DNA of 64,000 nucleotides from Candidatus Daviesbacteria bacterium (GCA_030648435.1 JAUSHE010000008.1:3449-67448), one strand, 5' to 3'; shown: positions 39,694 to 49,221, counted from the stretch's first letter. Notes: a model not told the origin generated them from the sequence alone. Program-made: numbers and translations.

Positions 39694-40221
39694 TTATCTT
39701 ACGAATTTATAAACAGTGATCTCGCTTATTGAGGATTTTTCAAAATCCTTGGCAACGCTCATAATGATGCTTAAAACTTCATCATCGGAAATAGGTTTAA
39801 GTCGGTTATTATCTGTAAATTTAGCCATAATCTTATCTACTATTGAACACTTTTTAAATCCTGGGTTTAACATGGGTATGGCCAGTGTCTTAACTTTGTA
39901 AATATCTGCCAAAGTTAATGCTGATCTTATGGCTTGATGTAAAAGGGTAAAATTCATTAAGTAAGTGGGATCAAAACTGTCTTTTATAGGTACAAAAATA
40001 ATGTGTTTGACTTTTATATCATGTCCCTTGGTGATAACGGCATTACCTAGAGCGCAATATCCTATTGCCAACAATTCCGCCTCCAAACCTTTCCCTGCTT
40101 TTTCAAGAAGCTCCTTAGCGTTTTTATTTGTTGTGGCGGTTAGATCTGTCACCGATCCACAGATTAAAGAGTCACCCTTAAAATCTGTTAACTGACCTGT
40201 TGCTAAAGTAATAGTAGGCAT
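39694..40221 (-). CDS. divergent macro domain protein
   Basis: AG..L..E......G.AVIT.G......HII, LAIP; canonical GDIT/NAAN/GGG replaced. Confidence 0.75.
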   Translation of the reverse strand: MPTITLATGQLTDFKGDSLICGSVTDLTATTNKNAKELLEKAGKGLEAELLAIGYCALGNAVITKGHDIKVKHIIFVPIKDSFDPTYLMNFTLLHQAIRSALTLADIYKVKTLAIPMLNPGFKKCSIVDKIMAKFTDNNRLKPISDDEVLSIIMSVAKDFEKSSISEITVYKFVR

Positions 40222-40243
40222 ATAGGCTGTATATTACAGTAAA

Positions 40244-40576
40244 TCACGGCAAAGTCTCACAAGCAATACCATCCCCATCTCTATCCAACCTATGTGGATC
40301 ACCTGAGCCAGCAGACTCAAAGAATGCCTGAGCCTCTGCATGAGTTGCGAAATCAGTACAATCTTTATCTCCAGATTTTGTAGTACCAGTAGGTTTTTGT
40401 GTAGGAGTTACATTAATTTCTGGAGAGTAAGAGGGTCGTGGTGCTGGTGTTGATGATTTAGTATTACCAAACAAGGCTACTGCACCCCCACCAATAATTG
40501 CTGCTGCAATAATTGCAAGTATCCACTTGCCAGTGTTATTTGGTTTTATTCCATTTGTTGATGTTTGTTCTTCTAT
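40244..40576 (-). CDS. membrane-anchored Excalibur Ca-binding domain protein (apparent ATA start)
   Basis: DKDC.DF...AQ.....[15 protein letters not shown]; frame extends through a TM to ATA, 6 nt after GAGGTGA. Confidence 0.75.
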   Translation of the reverse strand: MEEQTSTNGIKPNNTGKWILAIIAAAIIGGGAVALFGNTKSSTPAPRPSYSPEINVTPTQKPTGTTKSGDKDCTDFATHAEAQAFFESAGSGDPHRLDRDGDGIACETLP

Positions 40577-40596
40577 GATAGATCACCTCTTTTCAG

Positions 40597-41952
40597 TTAT
40601 TGATCGGGAAGCTTAAGGGCTGCTACAACTCCACTTTCATAACCTTTTCGAATCTTGACCATCTCTCCGTTTATACGCTCTAATTTCTCGTCTAACTTAT
40701 TGATTAGTCCCTGATAATGTTCACTTAGTTTATTAATATCAATCTCAAGTCTCTCTTCTAAACTCATTCTTAAACCATTCCTTCTTGCTATCTCCGCCCT
40801 GTTATTTTCTATCTCTTCCGCTACTGTCATTTTAGTTTTGCTTTCAAACTTCTCTTTTTGTAAATATTTACGGATATAATCTAAACCTACTTCAAATAAG
40901 AGGAGTACGTTAAAAAGTGTTATTAAAAAGATAGCGAAAATAACTTTTATGGGAGTGAATAAGAACGAAAAGCCGTATTCTTTTTGCACTTTCCTTATAG
41001 TAATAGCTACAGCAATTATGAGTGGTACAAAAAGCAAGCGTAGTAGTGAATCTAAAACTTCAGGTACATTACTAAGCCAAGATAGAGAAACCATAAGGAT
41101 ATAGATTGTCATCAAAATTAAACCAACTACTAGCATTGTACCCGTCTGTAATTTTCTAAGGTGCTTCCTAAAGAATGGAGATTTTTCCAGAAAATCAATA
41201 ACTCTATCTATTAAGACTAGGAATACTAAAGCTACTATCCCGCTAAATATATAAATTGCTATTCGATTGTCTTTAAACTGAATTTTTAAAACATCATTAA
41301 AAATAAAGTAAGTTATATAGAAATCACCAGCCAAGAGTAAACCAATAACTATTATATAAACATATCTCAACGCATCTGTTTCTAATCTTTCAGCAGCTTT
41401 AGAAAGGGATTCTTTAGTTTTCTGAATGAGATCAGAGAAAAAATATTTCCTTTGAACGTTGACCTTATTATTTTGTTCCAATACTTCATTTTTTCCATCC
41501 TCTTCCCGTTTTAGTTGGAATAATTCTTTTTCCTTAAGATCCAAATTAGTTTCTAACTCTTTTATCTCCTCTTCTAGCTTTTTATCTCTTTCTCTGTACA
41601 CTCTAGTTGCTATTTGTTTTTTACCATCTAATTCTTCTTTAAGAGAACCTATTTGTTCCTGTAGTCGACCTACATTCTGGTTATAGTCCTTAATGTATTC
41701 TGAAAGTCCCATTTGAAAAACCATATCCTTTACCATATCAACACGCTCTTGCATACTTTTTTGAGAGTGAGGTGAAGTTAATCTTTTATTAATTTCAGGT
41801 CTAAATCTAGTTACAACCTTTTTACCAGTTCGATAGCCATAGCGGTGATGTCTTGTATTATATAAATAAGCTGCTACGACTGCTCCTGTACCACCAAAAA
41901 TAGTGGTTAGGGTAGTAAAATTAGTTTGTAAAAAGTTAATAAATTCACTCAT
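40597..41952 (-). CDS. multi-TM coiled-coil membrane protein
   Basis: N-terminal TM, long coiled coil, about 5 TMs, second coiled coil. Confidence 0.75.
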   Translation of the reverse strand: MSEFINFLQTNFTTLTTIFGGTGAVVAAYLYNTRHHRYGYRTGKKVVTRFRPEINKRLTSPHSQKSMQERVDMVKDMVFQMGLSEYIKDYNQNVGRLQEQIGSLKEELDGKKQIATRVYRERDKKLEEEIKELETNLDLKEKELFQLKREEDGKNEVLEQNNKVNVQRKYFFSDLIQKTKESLSKAAERLETDALRYVYIIVIGLLLAGDFYITYFIFNDVLKIQFKDNRIAIYIFSGIVALVFLVLIDRVIDFLEKSPFFRKHLRKLQTGTMLVVGLILMTIYILMVSLSWLSNVPEVLDSLLRLLFVPLIIAVAITIRKVQKEYGFSFLFTPIKVIFAIFLITLFNVLLLFEVGLDYIRKYLQKEKFESKTKMTVAEEIENNRAEIARRNGLRMSLEERLEIDINKLSEHYQGLINKLDEKLERINGEMVKIRKGYESGVVAALKLPDQ

Positions 41953-41960
41953 AATTCTAA

Positions 41961-43169
41961 CTAAAAATTCTCAAATATCACTTGGCAAGGGTTTAATAAT
42001 TCTTTATAAAACTGTTGTACGAGGTTGCGGTAAGATAGGTTATTATCATATTCCATACCTACAATAATAAACTTGTCGTCTGGCTTTTTACAAATAGTAG
42101 AACCATTTACGCTGAATCCCTTATTAGTCCTTTTCTCTAAATATCTTTTTAACACATCGTAATTTTTGGGTGTTGCATATACTTCCTTTCCTCCTGTAAC
42201 CTCGTCATCTCTAAGATAGAACTCACCATCTGTTACTAAAACAAATTCGCGATAACTATATTCTTCATTTCCACTATATTTTTCATTGACGATGTCATCA
42301 CTGATTTCTATTAGGTGGGGAATTAAATACGTACCAAAATGGCAACCCTGATTAGGATTAGCAATCCCTTTGCTGTAAAAGTCATATATGATATTATATA
42401 TCTCATCCGGATTATTAGTAACAATCTCTAACCCGTTTCTTTCTGTTTTTGGCTCCAGTTTATCTCCTATTTCAATGAGTATTTGTTCATTCCTACGAGA
42501 ATAAGTAATATTAGCTTCCCACTCGGGTTCTGTATATTTAATTACTAACTTATTGTTACAAGGATTGTCTTTAAGTTCTGGGCCATAAAAACGGATATTT
42601 ATTTTATTACGAGGAAGTATTCCCTGGTTGTTTAACATATATTCCTTAAACTTTTGAAACACAAAATCCGAATATTTAATGTTTGCTTTATTTTTTAGTG
42701 ATTCATTATCTCTATAAATTACAGAGTTGGAAATATCAAAAGACACATCAACTAATCTATTGGGAAATTGGTTTCCGAAGAGTTTGATGGAGGTGTTTGG
42801 TTTGTCTCCTTCTGTCGCTTTATTTATTAAATACTTCCTAAGTCTATTATCTTCACTACTTTTCAATGACTCTTCAAATACCGGCTCACCCTTTTTGTCT
42901 CTAATAATCAACTCACTACAATTATCACATTCATCTACTATAAAATTTCCTGCGTGTGGGTTATTCTTATTCTTTATGTCGATTCTTAAATCTCTGGGGG
43001 GTCTATTTATTGATTGAGCTATTAAATATCCAATTGGTGCTACTACAACTAAAAAGGTAATCAATCCAAATAATAAAACCCATTTATCCATTAAAGGAGG
43101 GGTAGTTTTAATCGACCGTTTTTTGTTCAGCTCTGCCAAATTTTTACCAATTTTAGTTTTATTAAGCAT
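41961..43169 (-). CDS. membrane-anchored vWA-like domain protein
   Basis: TM; MIDAS-like DISNS, GT, FVLVTDG. Confidence 0.6.
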   Translation of the reverse strand: MLNKTKIGKNLAELNKKRSIKTTPPLMDKWVLLFGLITFLVVVAPIGYLIAQSINRPPRDLRIDIKNKNNPHAGNFIVDECDNCSELIIRDKKGEPVFEESLKSSEDNRLRKYLINKATEGDKPNTSIKLFGNQFPNRLVDVSFDISNSVIYRDNESLKNKANIKYSDFVFQKFKEYMLNNQGILPRNKINIRFYGPELKDNPCNNKLVIKYTEPEWEANITYSRRNEQILIEIGDKLEPKTERNGLEIVTNNPDEIYNIIYDFYSKGIANPNQGCHFGTYLIPHLIEISDDIVNEKYSGNEEYSYREFVLVTDGEFYLRDDEVTGGKEVYATPKNYDVLKRYLEKRTNKGFSVNGSTICKKPDDKFIIVGMEYDNNLSYRNLVQQFYKELLNPCQVIFENF

Positions 43170-43233
43170 AATTAATACCTAATCTTAACTTAAATGATAG
43201 CATATTGAGATTAAATTTTGTTTCCGTCTATAA

Positions 43234-44154
43234 TTATCTGCATAAAGTTTCGCAAGGCACACCATCTTTATCTCCATCCAAGCGTGATACACCACAGGTA
43301 TTTAGATAGAACTCAGCTTCTGCACAGGATGACATTTGACCACAGGTTGTTTTTTCTGCACAAGTAAATCCACTAGTTGTAGTGGGGTTGACTGTTCCGC
43401 TAGTTTGTGTTGATGGTTGTGGGGTATTTGTAAGACAAGCATTATCAGCCCACAACCCCCTTTTATTTTCCTCGGCTTCCTTTTGTGCTTGCTTGAATTC
43501 AGACTGATATTTGTAGGGTATATTGTAGGTATATTCATGTGCATATCCTTCGCTAATCATCAGTTTATTAAAATTAGTTCCATCTTCTAAAAACACATAC
43601 CTAAGAAGTCTTTGATATTTATCTCTCTCACCTTGCGTTGGGTCTGACTCAAGCATTACGGATTTATCTGAAAGTAGTAACTTAGCTTTTGCCGATGCTT
43701 CTTTACCGAAACACTGAACTGATTTTCTAGGATCTACTGTCTCGGGTGAGTCAATACCAATCAAACGGATGGTTTCTTTTTCGTTATCAATAACAACCTG
43801 GATGGTATCTCCGTCAATAACTTTGGTAACCTTAAATGTTTCACTCTGTTTAGCTTGAGTTTGTGGGTTTTTTTGTTCTTCTGCTTTCTCTTGGGTATTC
43901 TGACCAGTAGATTGAGTACTCTCTTGATTACTCCCTTTTACAGCTGAGGAGCCGATATCTTTTTTTATGGATGATGGTTCTGCAACTATACCTGTAAGGA
44001 CAAAGAAGATTATACTCAAAGATCCAAAAACTAGTAATATCTTTTTTCTAGTTAGAGAGCGTTTGATAAACTTAATTAATAAGGTCGGTCTAATTAGACC
44101 TAACACTAAACCTAATGATGATATAAGAAACAAGATCAAAAATATATAATTCAT
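43234..44154 (-). CDS. thermonuclease with C-terminal Excalibur domain
   Basis: VIDGDT, IGIDSPE, DKYQRLL; LDGDKDGVPCE; 2 N-terminal TMs. Confidence 0.92.
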   Translation of the reverse strand: MNYIFLILFLISSLGLVLGLIRPTLLIKFIKRSLTRKKILLVFGSLSIIFFVLTGIVAEPSSIKKDIGSSAVKGSNQESTQSTGQNTQEKAEEQKNPQTQAKQSETFKVTKVIDGDTIQVVIDNEKETIRLIGIDSPETVDPRKSVQCFGKEASAKAKLLLSDKSVMLESDPTQGERDKYQRLLRYVFLEDGTNFNKLMISEGYAHEYTYNIPYKYQSEFKQAQKEAEENKRGLWADNACLTNTPQPSTQTSGTVNPTTTSGFTCAEKTTCGQMSSCAEAEFYLNTCGVSRLDGDKDGVPCETLCR

Positions 44155-44265
44155 AATGTCACTTCAGGTTAGCTTTGCCCAGAAAAATCTTAACTGCAAT
44201 TTTACTCTTTTCTAACTATAATTTCTAGAGGAACAGTAATGATTAATATATGTTATAATTGTTTT

Positions 44266-44523
44266 GTGAGAAAATTCATTCTTTGTCTTTCTGCTCTATT
44301 TCTAATTATTTCCTTTGCTTTAGCCAATATATCATCTGTGGAAGCTGCTCAAAAAGTCAAGGGTTATATAAAGAAAAATGGAACCTATGTAGCCCCTCAC
44401 TTCAAAACCTCCCCTAATAAATCAAAGTTTGATAATTTTTCCACTAAAGGTAACATAAATCCTTATACAGGTAAAAAAGGAGCTGTTAGTCCTTTTAAAA
44501 TAACTCCCAAAAAATACAGATAA
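44266..44523 (+). CDS. secreted protein with PBCV-type basic adaptor-like domain
   Basis: Signal peptide; VKGYIKKNGTYVAPHFKTSPN, NPYTGKKG; GTG 6 nt after TATAAT. Confidence 0.8.
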   Translation: MRKFILCLSALFLIISFALANISSVEAAQKVKGYIKKNGTYVAPHFKTSPNKSKFDNFSTKGNINPYTGKKGAVSPFKITPKKYR

Positions 44524-44524
44524 A

Positions 44525-44914
44525 ATGAGCAAAAATCATTTAATAGTCATTTATATACTTCTAGCCATACTTACATTTTTCACTTTTTCTCAAAAAACTG
44601 GTAAGACTACTGATCTAGATGACATAAAAAATAGGGTTATTAAAGTTGAGTTTCTTCAAGAAGCTACTAGAATTCGGGATAATTTGGTGGGGTTCAAACA
44701 AGTTAACGCCTCTTTAGCTAATGATGCCGAACGCATAAAAAGTTGTAATGAAAGTAAAGATTTATTAATTGAATGGTCAGAGGATGTCAAGAAACTGGGT
44801 AATAATTACTCTGACCGCATAAATAATAACCAAGATGCTAAAGAATACTTTGATGCAATAAGCAAACTAAATGATGCCATTGCGGCTGATTGTAATAAAC
44901 TTACCTCAAATTAA
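44525..44914 (+). CDS. hypothetical secreted helical protein
   Basis: Signal/TM, two Cys, operon spacing. Confidence 0.7.
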   Translation: MSKNHLIVIYILLAILTFFTFSQKTGKTTDLDDIKNRVIKVEFLQEATRIRDNLVGFKQVNASLANDAERIKSCNESKDLLIEWSEDVKKLGNNYSDRINNNQDAKEYFDAISKLNDAIAADCNKLTSN

Positions 44915-46531
44915 ATGACTGGGCGAATAATCTATAAACTTGTAATCTGCCTTTTATTGCTAATTCCTGTATTTTTTATCCTTACTTCAATTGCAGAAGC
45001 CAGAAGTTATAGGAGTTCTTATTCTGATGTACAAGTAAGATCATATTTTAGAAAAGATGGTACTTTTGTCCAGAGCCATTATAGATCTCGTCCTGATGGG
45101 GTTATCTCTAATAATTATTCCTGTATTGATAATGGAAGGTGTGGTGCAAATTACACATCACGAAGTTATAGCACTTACTCATTTACCCTTCCGAGTAGCT
45201 ATACCTATAAACCATCTTGGCTACCTGTACTTGCACCAGTGGGTTATGATTATGGGGGTTCAACCGGATATACATCCTATACACAACCTGCACCCAAGAT
45301 TACTCCGCCTATTAATGCTCATTTGAATTACTTTGGTGACAGTTGGGTATGTGATAACGGTTATAAGCGCAACTATCTAACTGATCAATGTGACAAAATT
45401 GAGGTTCCCTCAAACGCATATTTGGCATCTTGGGGAAGCGATTGGCTTTGTAGCACAGGGTACAAAAAGAATTATCTAACTGATCAATGTGATAAGGTAA
45501 TTATCCCTGCTAATGGGTCACTAAACTACTTTGGGAATGATTTTACTTGTAACAAAGGTTTCAAGAAGGATTATTTAACAAACCAATGTGATCAAATTAC
45601 AATTCCTGAAAACGCTAGTCTAAGCTATTTTGGCGATGACTGGACATGTAGCTATGGCTATAAAAAGAATTACTCTATAAACAGATGCGATAAAGTAGAA
45701 GTTCCTGCTAACGCTAGTATGTATAGTTGGGGTTCAGACTGGTACTGTAATAAAGGGTTTAAAAAAAATTACACCACCAACCAGTGCGATTCTGTAATAG
45801 TACCTGAAAACGCAAGCTTAGATTACTTTGGTTCTGATTGGAATTGTAACTCTGGGTACAAAAAGAACTACTCAATTAACGGGTGCGACAAAGTTGAGGT
45901 TCCAGCTAATGCGACTTTATACAGTTGGGGATCGGATTGGTATTGCAATAAAGGATTTAAGAAGAACTATACTACCAATCTATGTGACTCAGTAGTGGTT
46001 CCTGAAAACGCAAGTTTGAATTATTTTGGAGATGATTGGGTCTGTAATAATAGCTTCAAAAAGAATTATTCAACCAATAAGTGCGACAAAATAGAAGTAC
46101 CTGCTAATGCTACCTTAAACAGTTGGGGTAGCGACTGGACTTGTAATTCTGGCTATCGAAAAAACTATACAACCAATCAATGTGATAAAGTAGAATGTTC
46201 TACCAACTCTTACGAGTCCTACGGATATTGCTACTGTAACTCTGGCTATAAAAAGAACTATTCTACTGGTCAGTGTGAAAAGGTTGAATGTCCAGCAAAT
46301 TCTTATGAATCTTATGGCTATTGTTACTGCAATAGCGGATATACCAAAAATTATAGTACAAATCTGTGTGAACCTAATATTAAGACTACTCCTACGCCCA
46401 CTATACTCCCTACCCCCATTCCTACTCCAACGCTTACGCCTACTTCTACACTAACACCGATCCCAATTCTTACACCTACCCCCACTCCTGAATTAACTGT
46501 ATCTCCATCTCCCTCACCCACCAGTCCGTAA
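44915..46531 (+). CDS. secreted Cys-rich repeat protein with basic adaptor-like N-domain and Pro/Thr tail
   Basis: VRSYFRKDGTFVQSHYRS; nine 33-aa and two 31-aa Cys repeats; TP-rich C-terminus. Confidence 0.85.
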   Translation: MTGRIIYKLVICLLLLIPVFFILTSIAEARSYRSSYSDVQVRSYFRKDGTFVQSHYRSRPDGVISNNYSCIDNGRCGANYTSRSYSTYSFTLPSSYTYKPSWLPVLAPVGYDYGGSTGYTSYTQPAPKITPPINAHLNYFGDSWVCDNGYKRNYLTDQCDKIEVPSNAYLASWGSDWLCSTGYKKNYLTDQCDKVIIPANGSLNYFGNDFTCNKGFKKDYLTNQCDQITIPENASLSYFGDDWTCSYGYKKNYSINRCDKVEVPANASMYSWGSDWYCNKGFKKNYTTNQCDSVIVPENASLDYFGSDWNCNSGYKKNYSINGCDKVEVPANATLYSWGSDWYCNKGFKKNYTTNLCDSVVVPENASLNYFGDDWVCNNSFKKNYSTNKCDKIEVPANATLNSWGSDWTCNSGYRKNYTTNQCDKVECSTNSYESYGYCYCNSGYKKNYSTGQCEKVECPANSYESYGYCYCNSGYTKNYSTNLCEPNIKTTPTPTILPTPIPTPTLTPTSTLTPIPILTPTPTPELTVSPSPSPTSP

Positions 46532-46543
46532 TCTACTATAATC

Positions 46544-46723
46544 TTATCTCTTTTTCTTCCCCAAAACTTTTTCTAACCCACCCTTACCATATTTAATCAC
46601 TTGCCCAATTTTAGAAACAGTTGAGGTACTTGTTTCAACTTTTTCTGCTATTTCATCATAAGTTTTTCCATCAAGAATTAATTTTGCAATTTTTAATCTT
46701 TGAGCTAAATCTAAGATTTCTTC
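46544..46723 (-). pseudogene. YerC/YecD (TrpR-like) C-terminal fragment
   Basis: EEILDLAQRLKIAKL..GKTY.EIA....S..TVS....YG.GG; in-frame stop upstream, no start. Confidence 0.75.
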
Positions 46724-46762
46724 TTACCTAATTATTGCACAAAAAAGGGTTAATTAGTAGCT

Positions 46763-47074
46763 TTATTGGTTTGGTAAAGATTGTCCAGAATTTGTTGCAG
46801 GTTTGGGTTGAGTTGGAGCAGGAGTTTGTTTTTCAAAAGCTATCACTTCTTTTACCTCAATAACATTATTTTCAGGTGTCATATTTCCTTTAACCATAAC
46901 TTGCCTGTTAATATCATCAGCTAAATTAATATTGTTATTTGTAGGCCTTAGAGTCCAGATAGAATTATTAGGGGGATTTTGGTTAGGATCTTTTAAGTGT
47001 GCTGTAGGGACAAACCTACCTGATGAATCTCTTTGTTCATGCTGGGCAACCCAGCAGACAATTAAAGGTTCAAG
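46763..47074 (-). pseudogene. 5'-truncated fragment of a hypothetical gene
   Basis: About 100-codon open frame bounded by stops, lacking a proper 5' start. Confidence 0.45.
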
Positions 47075-47083
47075 TTAAGAATA

Positions 47084-47656
47084 TTATTCAATAGCAAAAA
47101 CTATTAATTTTTCGTGATATTCAGGCTTTTTTGTAGAATCAACACCATATAAAACTACCTCCGTAATATCAAATGTCCAGTTGACTTTCTCTAGCCTGGA
47201 GTTTAATTCCAATTGGGAGGCTTTAAATGCTTTTTGAGCTTCCGGATCTCCTACCCAAGCTAAAGAAACATGAGGATGAAATGGTAAATCATTATCAGAA
47301 GCGTAGTAATGAGATAGACTTTTTGAAAGTATTTTATTAAATTCCTTTAATTGCTTAGGGTATTGAACATCTAAAAATAGCACTCTCGGTTTATCTTTTC
47401 CAAAATATCCAAGACCGCCAACTTTTAATTTAGCTCCTTTTAATATTTCTAAATGCTTTTTAATATCTTCTACTATCTCCGGCAAAGCAGATTGAGATTG
47501 TTTGCTTAAGTAACAAACGGTAATATGAGGAGTTTTGGGGTAGGTTGTTTTAAATAAAGGACTAATTTGAGAAACATCAGCTTGTAGATCTTCAAAATCT
47601 TGTTGATATTTTTGAGGAAGAGGGATTCCAACGAAGTATGAACTATAATCTTTCAC
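47084..47656 (-). CDS. thpR: RNA 2',3'-cyclic phosphodiesterase (2H family)
   Basis: Two HxT/S motifs (HITV, HVSL); PRVLF. Confidence 0.85.
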   Translation of the reverse strand: MKDYSSYFVGIPLPQKYQQDFEDLQADVSQISPLFKTTYPKTPHITVCYLSKQSQSALPEIVEDIKKHLEILKGAKLKVGGLGYFGKDKPRVLFLDVQYPKQLKEFNKILSKSLSHYYASDNDLPFHPHVSLAWVGDPEAQKAFKASQLELNSRLEKVNWTFDITEVVLYGVDSTKKPEYHEKLIVFAIE

Positions 47657-47681
47657 AACAGCAGTATATCAAATTTATAAT

Positions 47682-47752
47682 GCGGGGCCTCATCCGGGGG
47701 GGGGATGCGTCGATGAAAGGACGTCCGGATTTTTTCGTATACGTCCACCCGC
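47682..47752. ncRNA. candidate structured RNA element
   Basis: GC-rich intergenic segment closed by GCGGG/CCCGC with internal stems. Confidence 0.35.
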
Positions 47753-47793
47753 CTCTTGCTTCACAACTGAAATTTTTGAGATAATCACAGGAT

Positions 47794-48378
47794 ATGGATC
47801 CAAATTATTACGGAGCAGAATCTCAGAAAAGTTTTTTTGGAAATTTTGGCGGATATGCAGTTGAATTTATTGAAACATTAGTAGTTTTTGGAGCAGTTTT
47901 CGCAGCCATTTATTTGTTTGTTGCCCAGTTCCATAAGGTGGCAGGAAACTCCATGGTCCCAACCATGCATAATGGCGATTACTTAATTACCGAGAAAATA
48001 AGTTACCGGTTCAGAGAACCAAACAGAAGTGAAATTATTGTCTTGGAAAATCCTAGAGACGAATCACAGGATTTCATTAAAAGAATCATTGCTGTGCCTG
48101 GTGACACAGTACAAATCTCCAATAATAGTGTTTATGTAAACGGACAAATCTTAAACGAGCAATATCTCCCATCAGGCACTCCAACCCCTCCCGGTACCTT
48201 TGTCCGGGAAGGTGACATTATTAAAGTAGGAAAAAATCAATATTTTGCTTTCGGAGACAACCGGGAACATTCTTCCGATTCACGGGAATGGGGACCGGTT
48301 ACAAAAGAAGAGATTGTCGGCAGAGCGCTTTTCCGCTACTTTCCGTTTCAAGACGCTGGTCTACTTACCGGCAAGTAA
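47794..48378 (+). CDS. lepB: signal peptidase I
   Basis: SMVPT, FIKRII, GDNR..S.DSR. Confidence 0.95.
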   Translation: MDPNYYGAESQKSFFGNFGGYAVEFIETLVVFGAVFAAIYLFVAQFHKVAGNSMVPTMHNGDYLITEKISYRFREPNRSEIIVLENPRDESQDFIKRIIAVPGDTVQISNNSVYVNGQILNEQYLPSGTPTPPGTFVREGDIIKVGKNQYFAFGDNREHSSDSREWGPVTKEEIVGRALFRYFPFQDAGLLTGK

Positions 48379-49221
48379 GTTAAAATATCCGACAATTGCC
48401 TGATTTAAATCCTCTAAAACCGGCATTGTATCCTTAGGTTCTCCGTCAATTAATAATTCCAGGCGGGCTCTTTTACCGGTCAACTGACACTTCACCTGAG
48501 GTTTTTTTGTCCTACCCGATAAGGCAGCATTAATATTTTCCTGAATCTTATCAACATCTTCATTAATGATGCGTACAGCGTCTATATCAGCCCTGTTTTT
48601 GGGTCCAATCCCCTGTTCGTTCCTCACTCTGCGCACCAACTCTTCCGTTCCCCTGACTGAGAGATTTCTTTTTAAGACCTCTTTATAGGCGGTAATAATA
48701 AGGTGCGGATCCTCCAGTGCTGCCAGGGCTCTGGCATGACCTTCAGAGGTAGCACCGGCCATTAAAGCATCCTTTAGAGCGTCCGGCAAAATTAAGAGTC
48801 TGATGGTGTTAGAAATATAGGCCGGGCTTTTTGAAACTCTTTCAGCAATTTCCTGATTTGCCAAACCAAATTCGTCCATTAATCTCCGGTAAGCCTGGGC
48901 TCGCTCCAGCGGATTTAAATCAATTCTTTGTACGTTTTCCACAATAGCCATTTCAAACATGCCTTGCGGGCTCGTTTCTCTAATAATGACGGGAACTTTA
49001 ATTAAACCGGCTAATTTAGAGGCTCTCCATCTCCGTTCCCCGGCAATGATTTGATAACCGGCCGGAGTTTTGGCAACTACCAAAGGTTCCAGGACACCAT
49101 GTACTCTGATTGAATCAGCCAGCTCACTTAGTGAATCAGGAGCAATTAGTCCACGGGGTTGTAGTGGGTTTGGTTGCAGTAGTTCTAATTCCAATTCGTA
49201 AATATGTTCTTGTTGATCCAT
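48361..49221 (-). CDS. parB: ParB/Spo0J partition protein
   Basis: QPR, IIAGERRWRA, ENVQR.DL, HTH. Confidence 0.95.
   Translation of the reverse strand: MDQQEHIYELELELLQPNPLQPRGLIAPDSLSELADSIRVHGVLEPLVVAKTPAGYQIIAGERRWRASKLAGLIKVPVIIRETSPQGMFEMAIVENVQRIDLNPLERAQAYRRLMDEFGLANQEIAERVSKSPAYISNTIRLLILPDALKDALMAGATSEGHARALAALEDPHLIITAYKEVLKRNLSVRGTEELVRRVRNEQGIGPKNRADIDAVRIINEDVDKIQENINAALSGRTKKPQVKCQLTGKRARLELLIDGEPKDTMPVLEDLNQAIVGYFNLLAGK

Larger units (their letters stand above)
39535..47080. mobile_element. tRNA-Val-associated accessory island (no integrase seen)
   Basis: AT-richer uncharacterised genes after the tRNA 3' end, ending in two 5'-truncated gene fragments; boundaries approximate. 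Confidence 0.55.

Noticed and set aside
45299-46376. Possible CRISPR-like or DNA-level repeat array
   Set aside because: Repeats are conserved as protein and diverged at synonymous sites; no identical repeats with spacers and no cas genes
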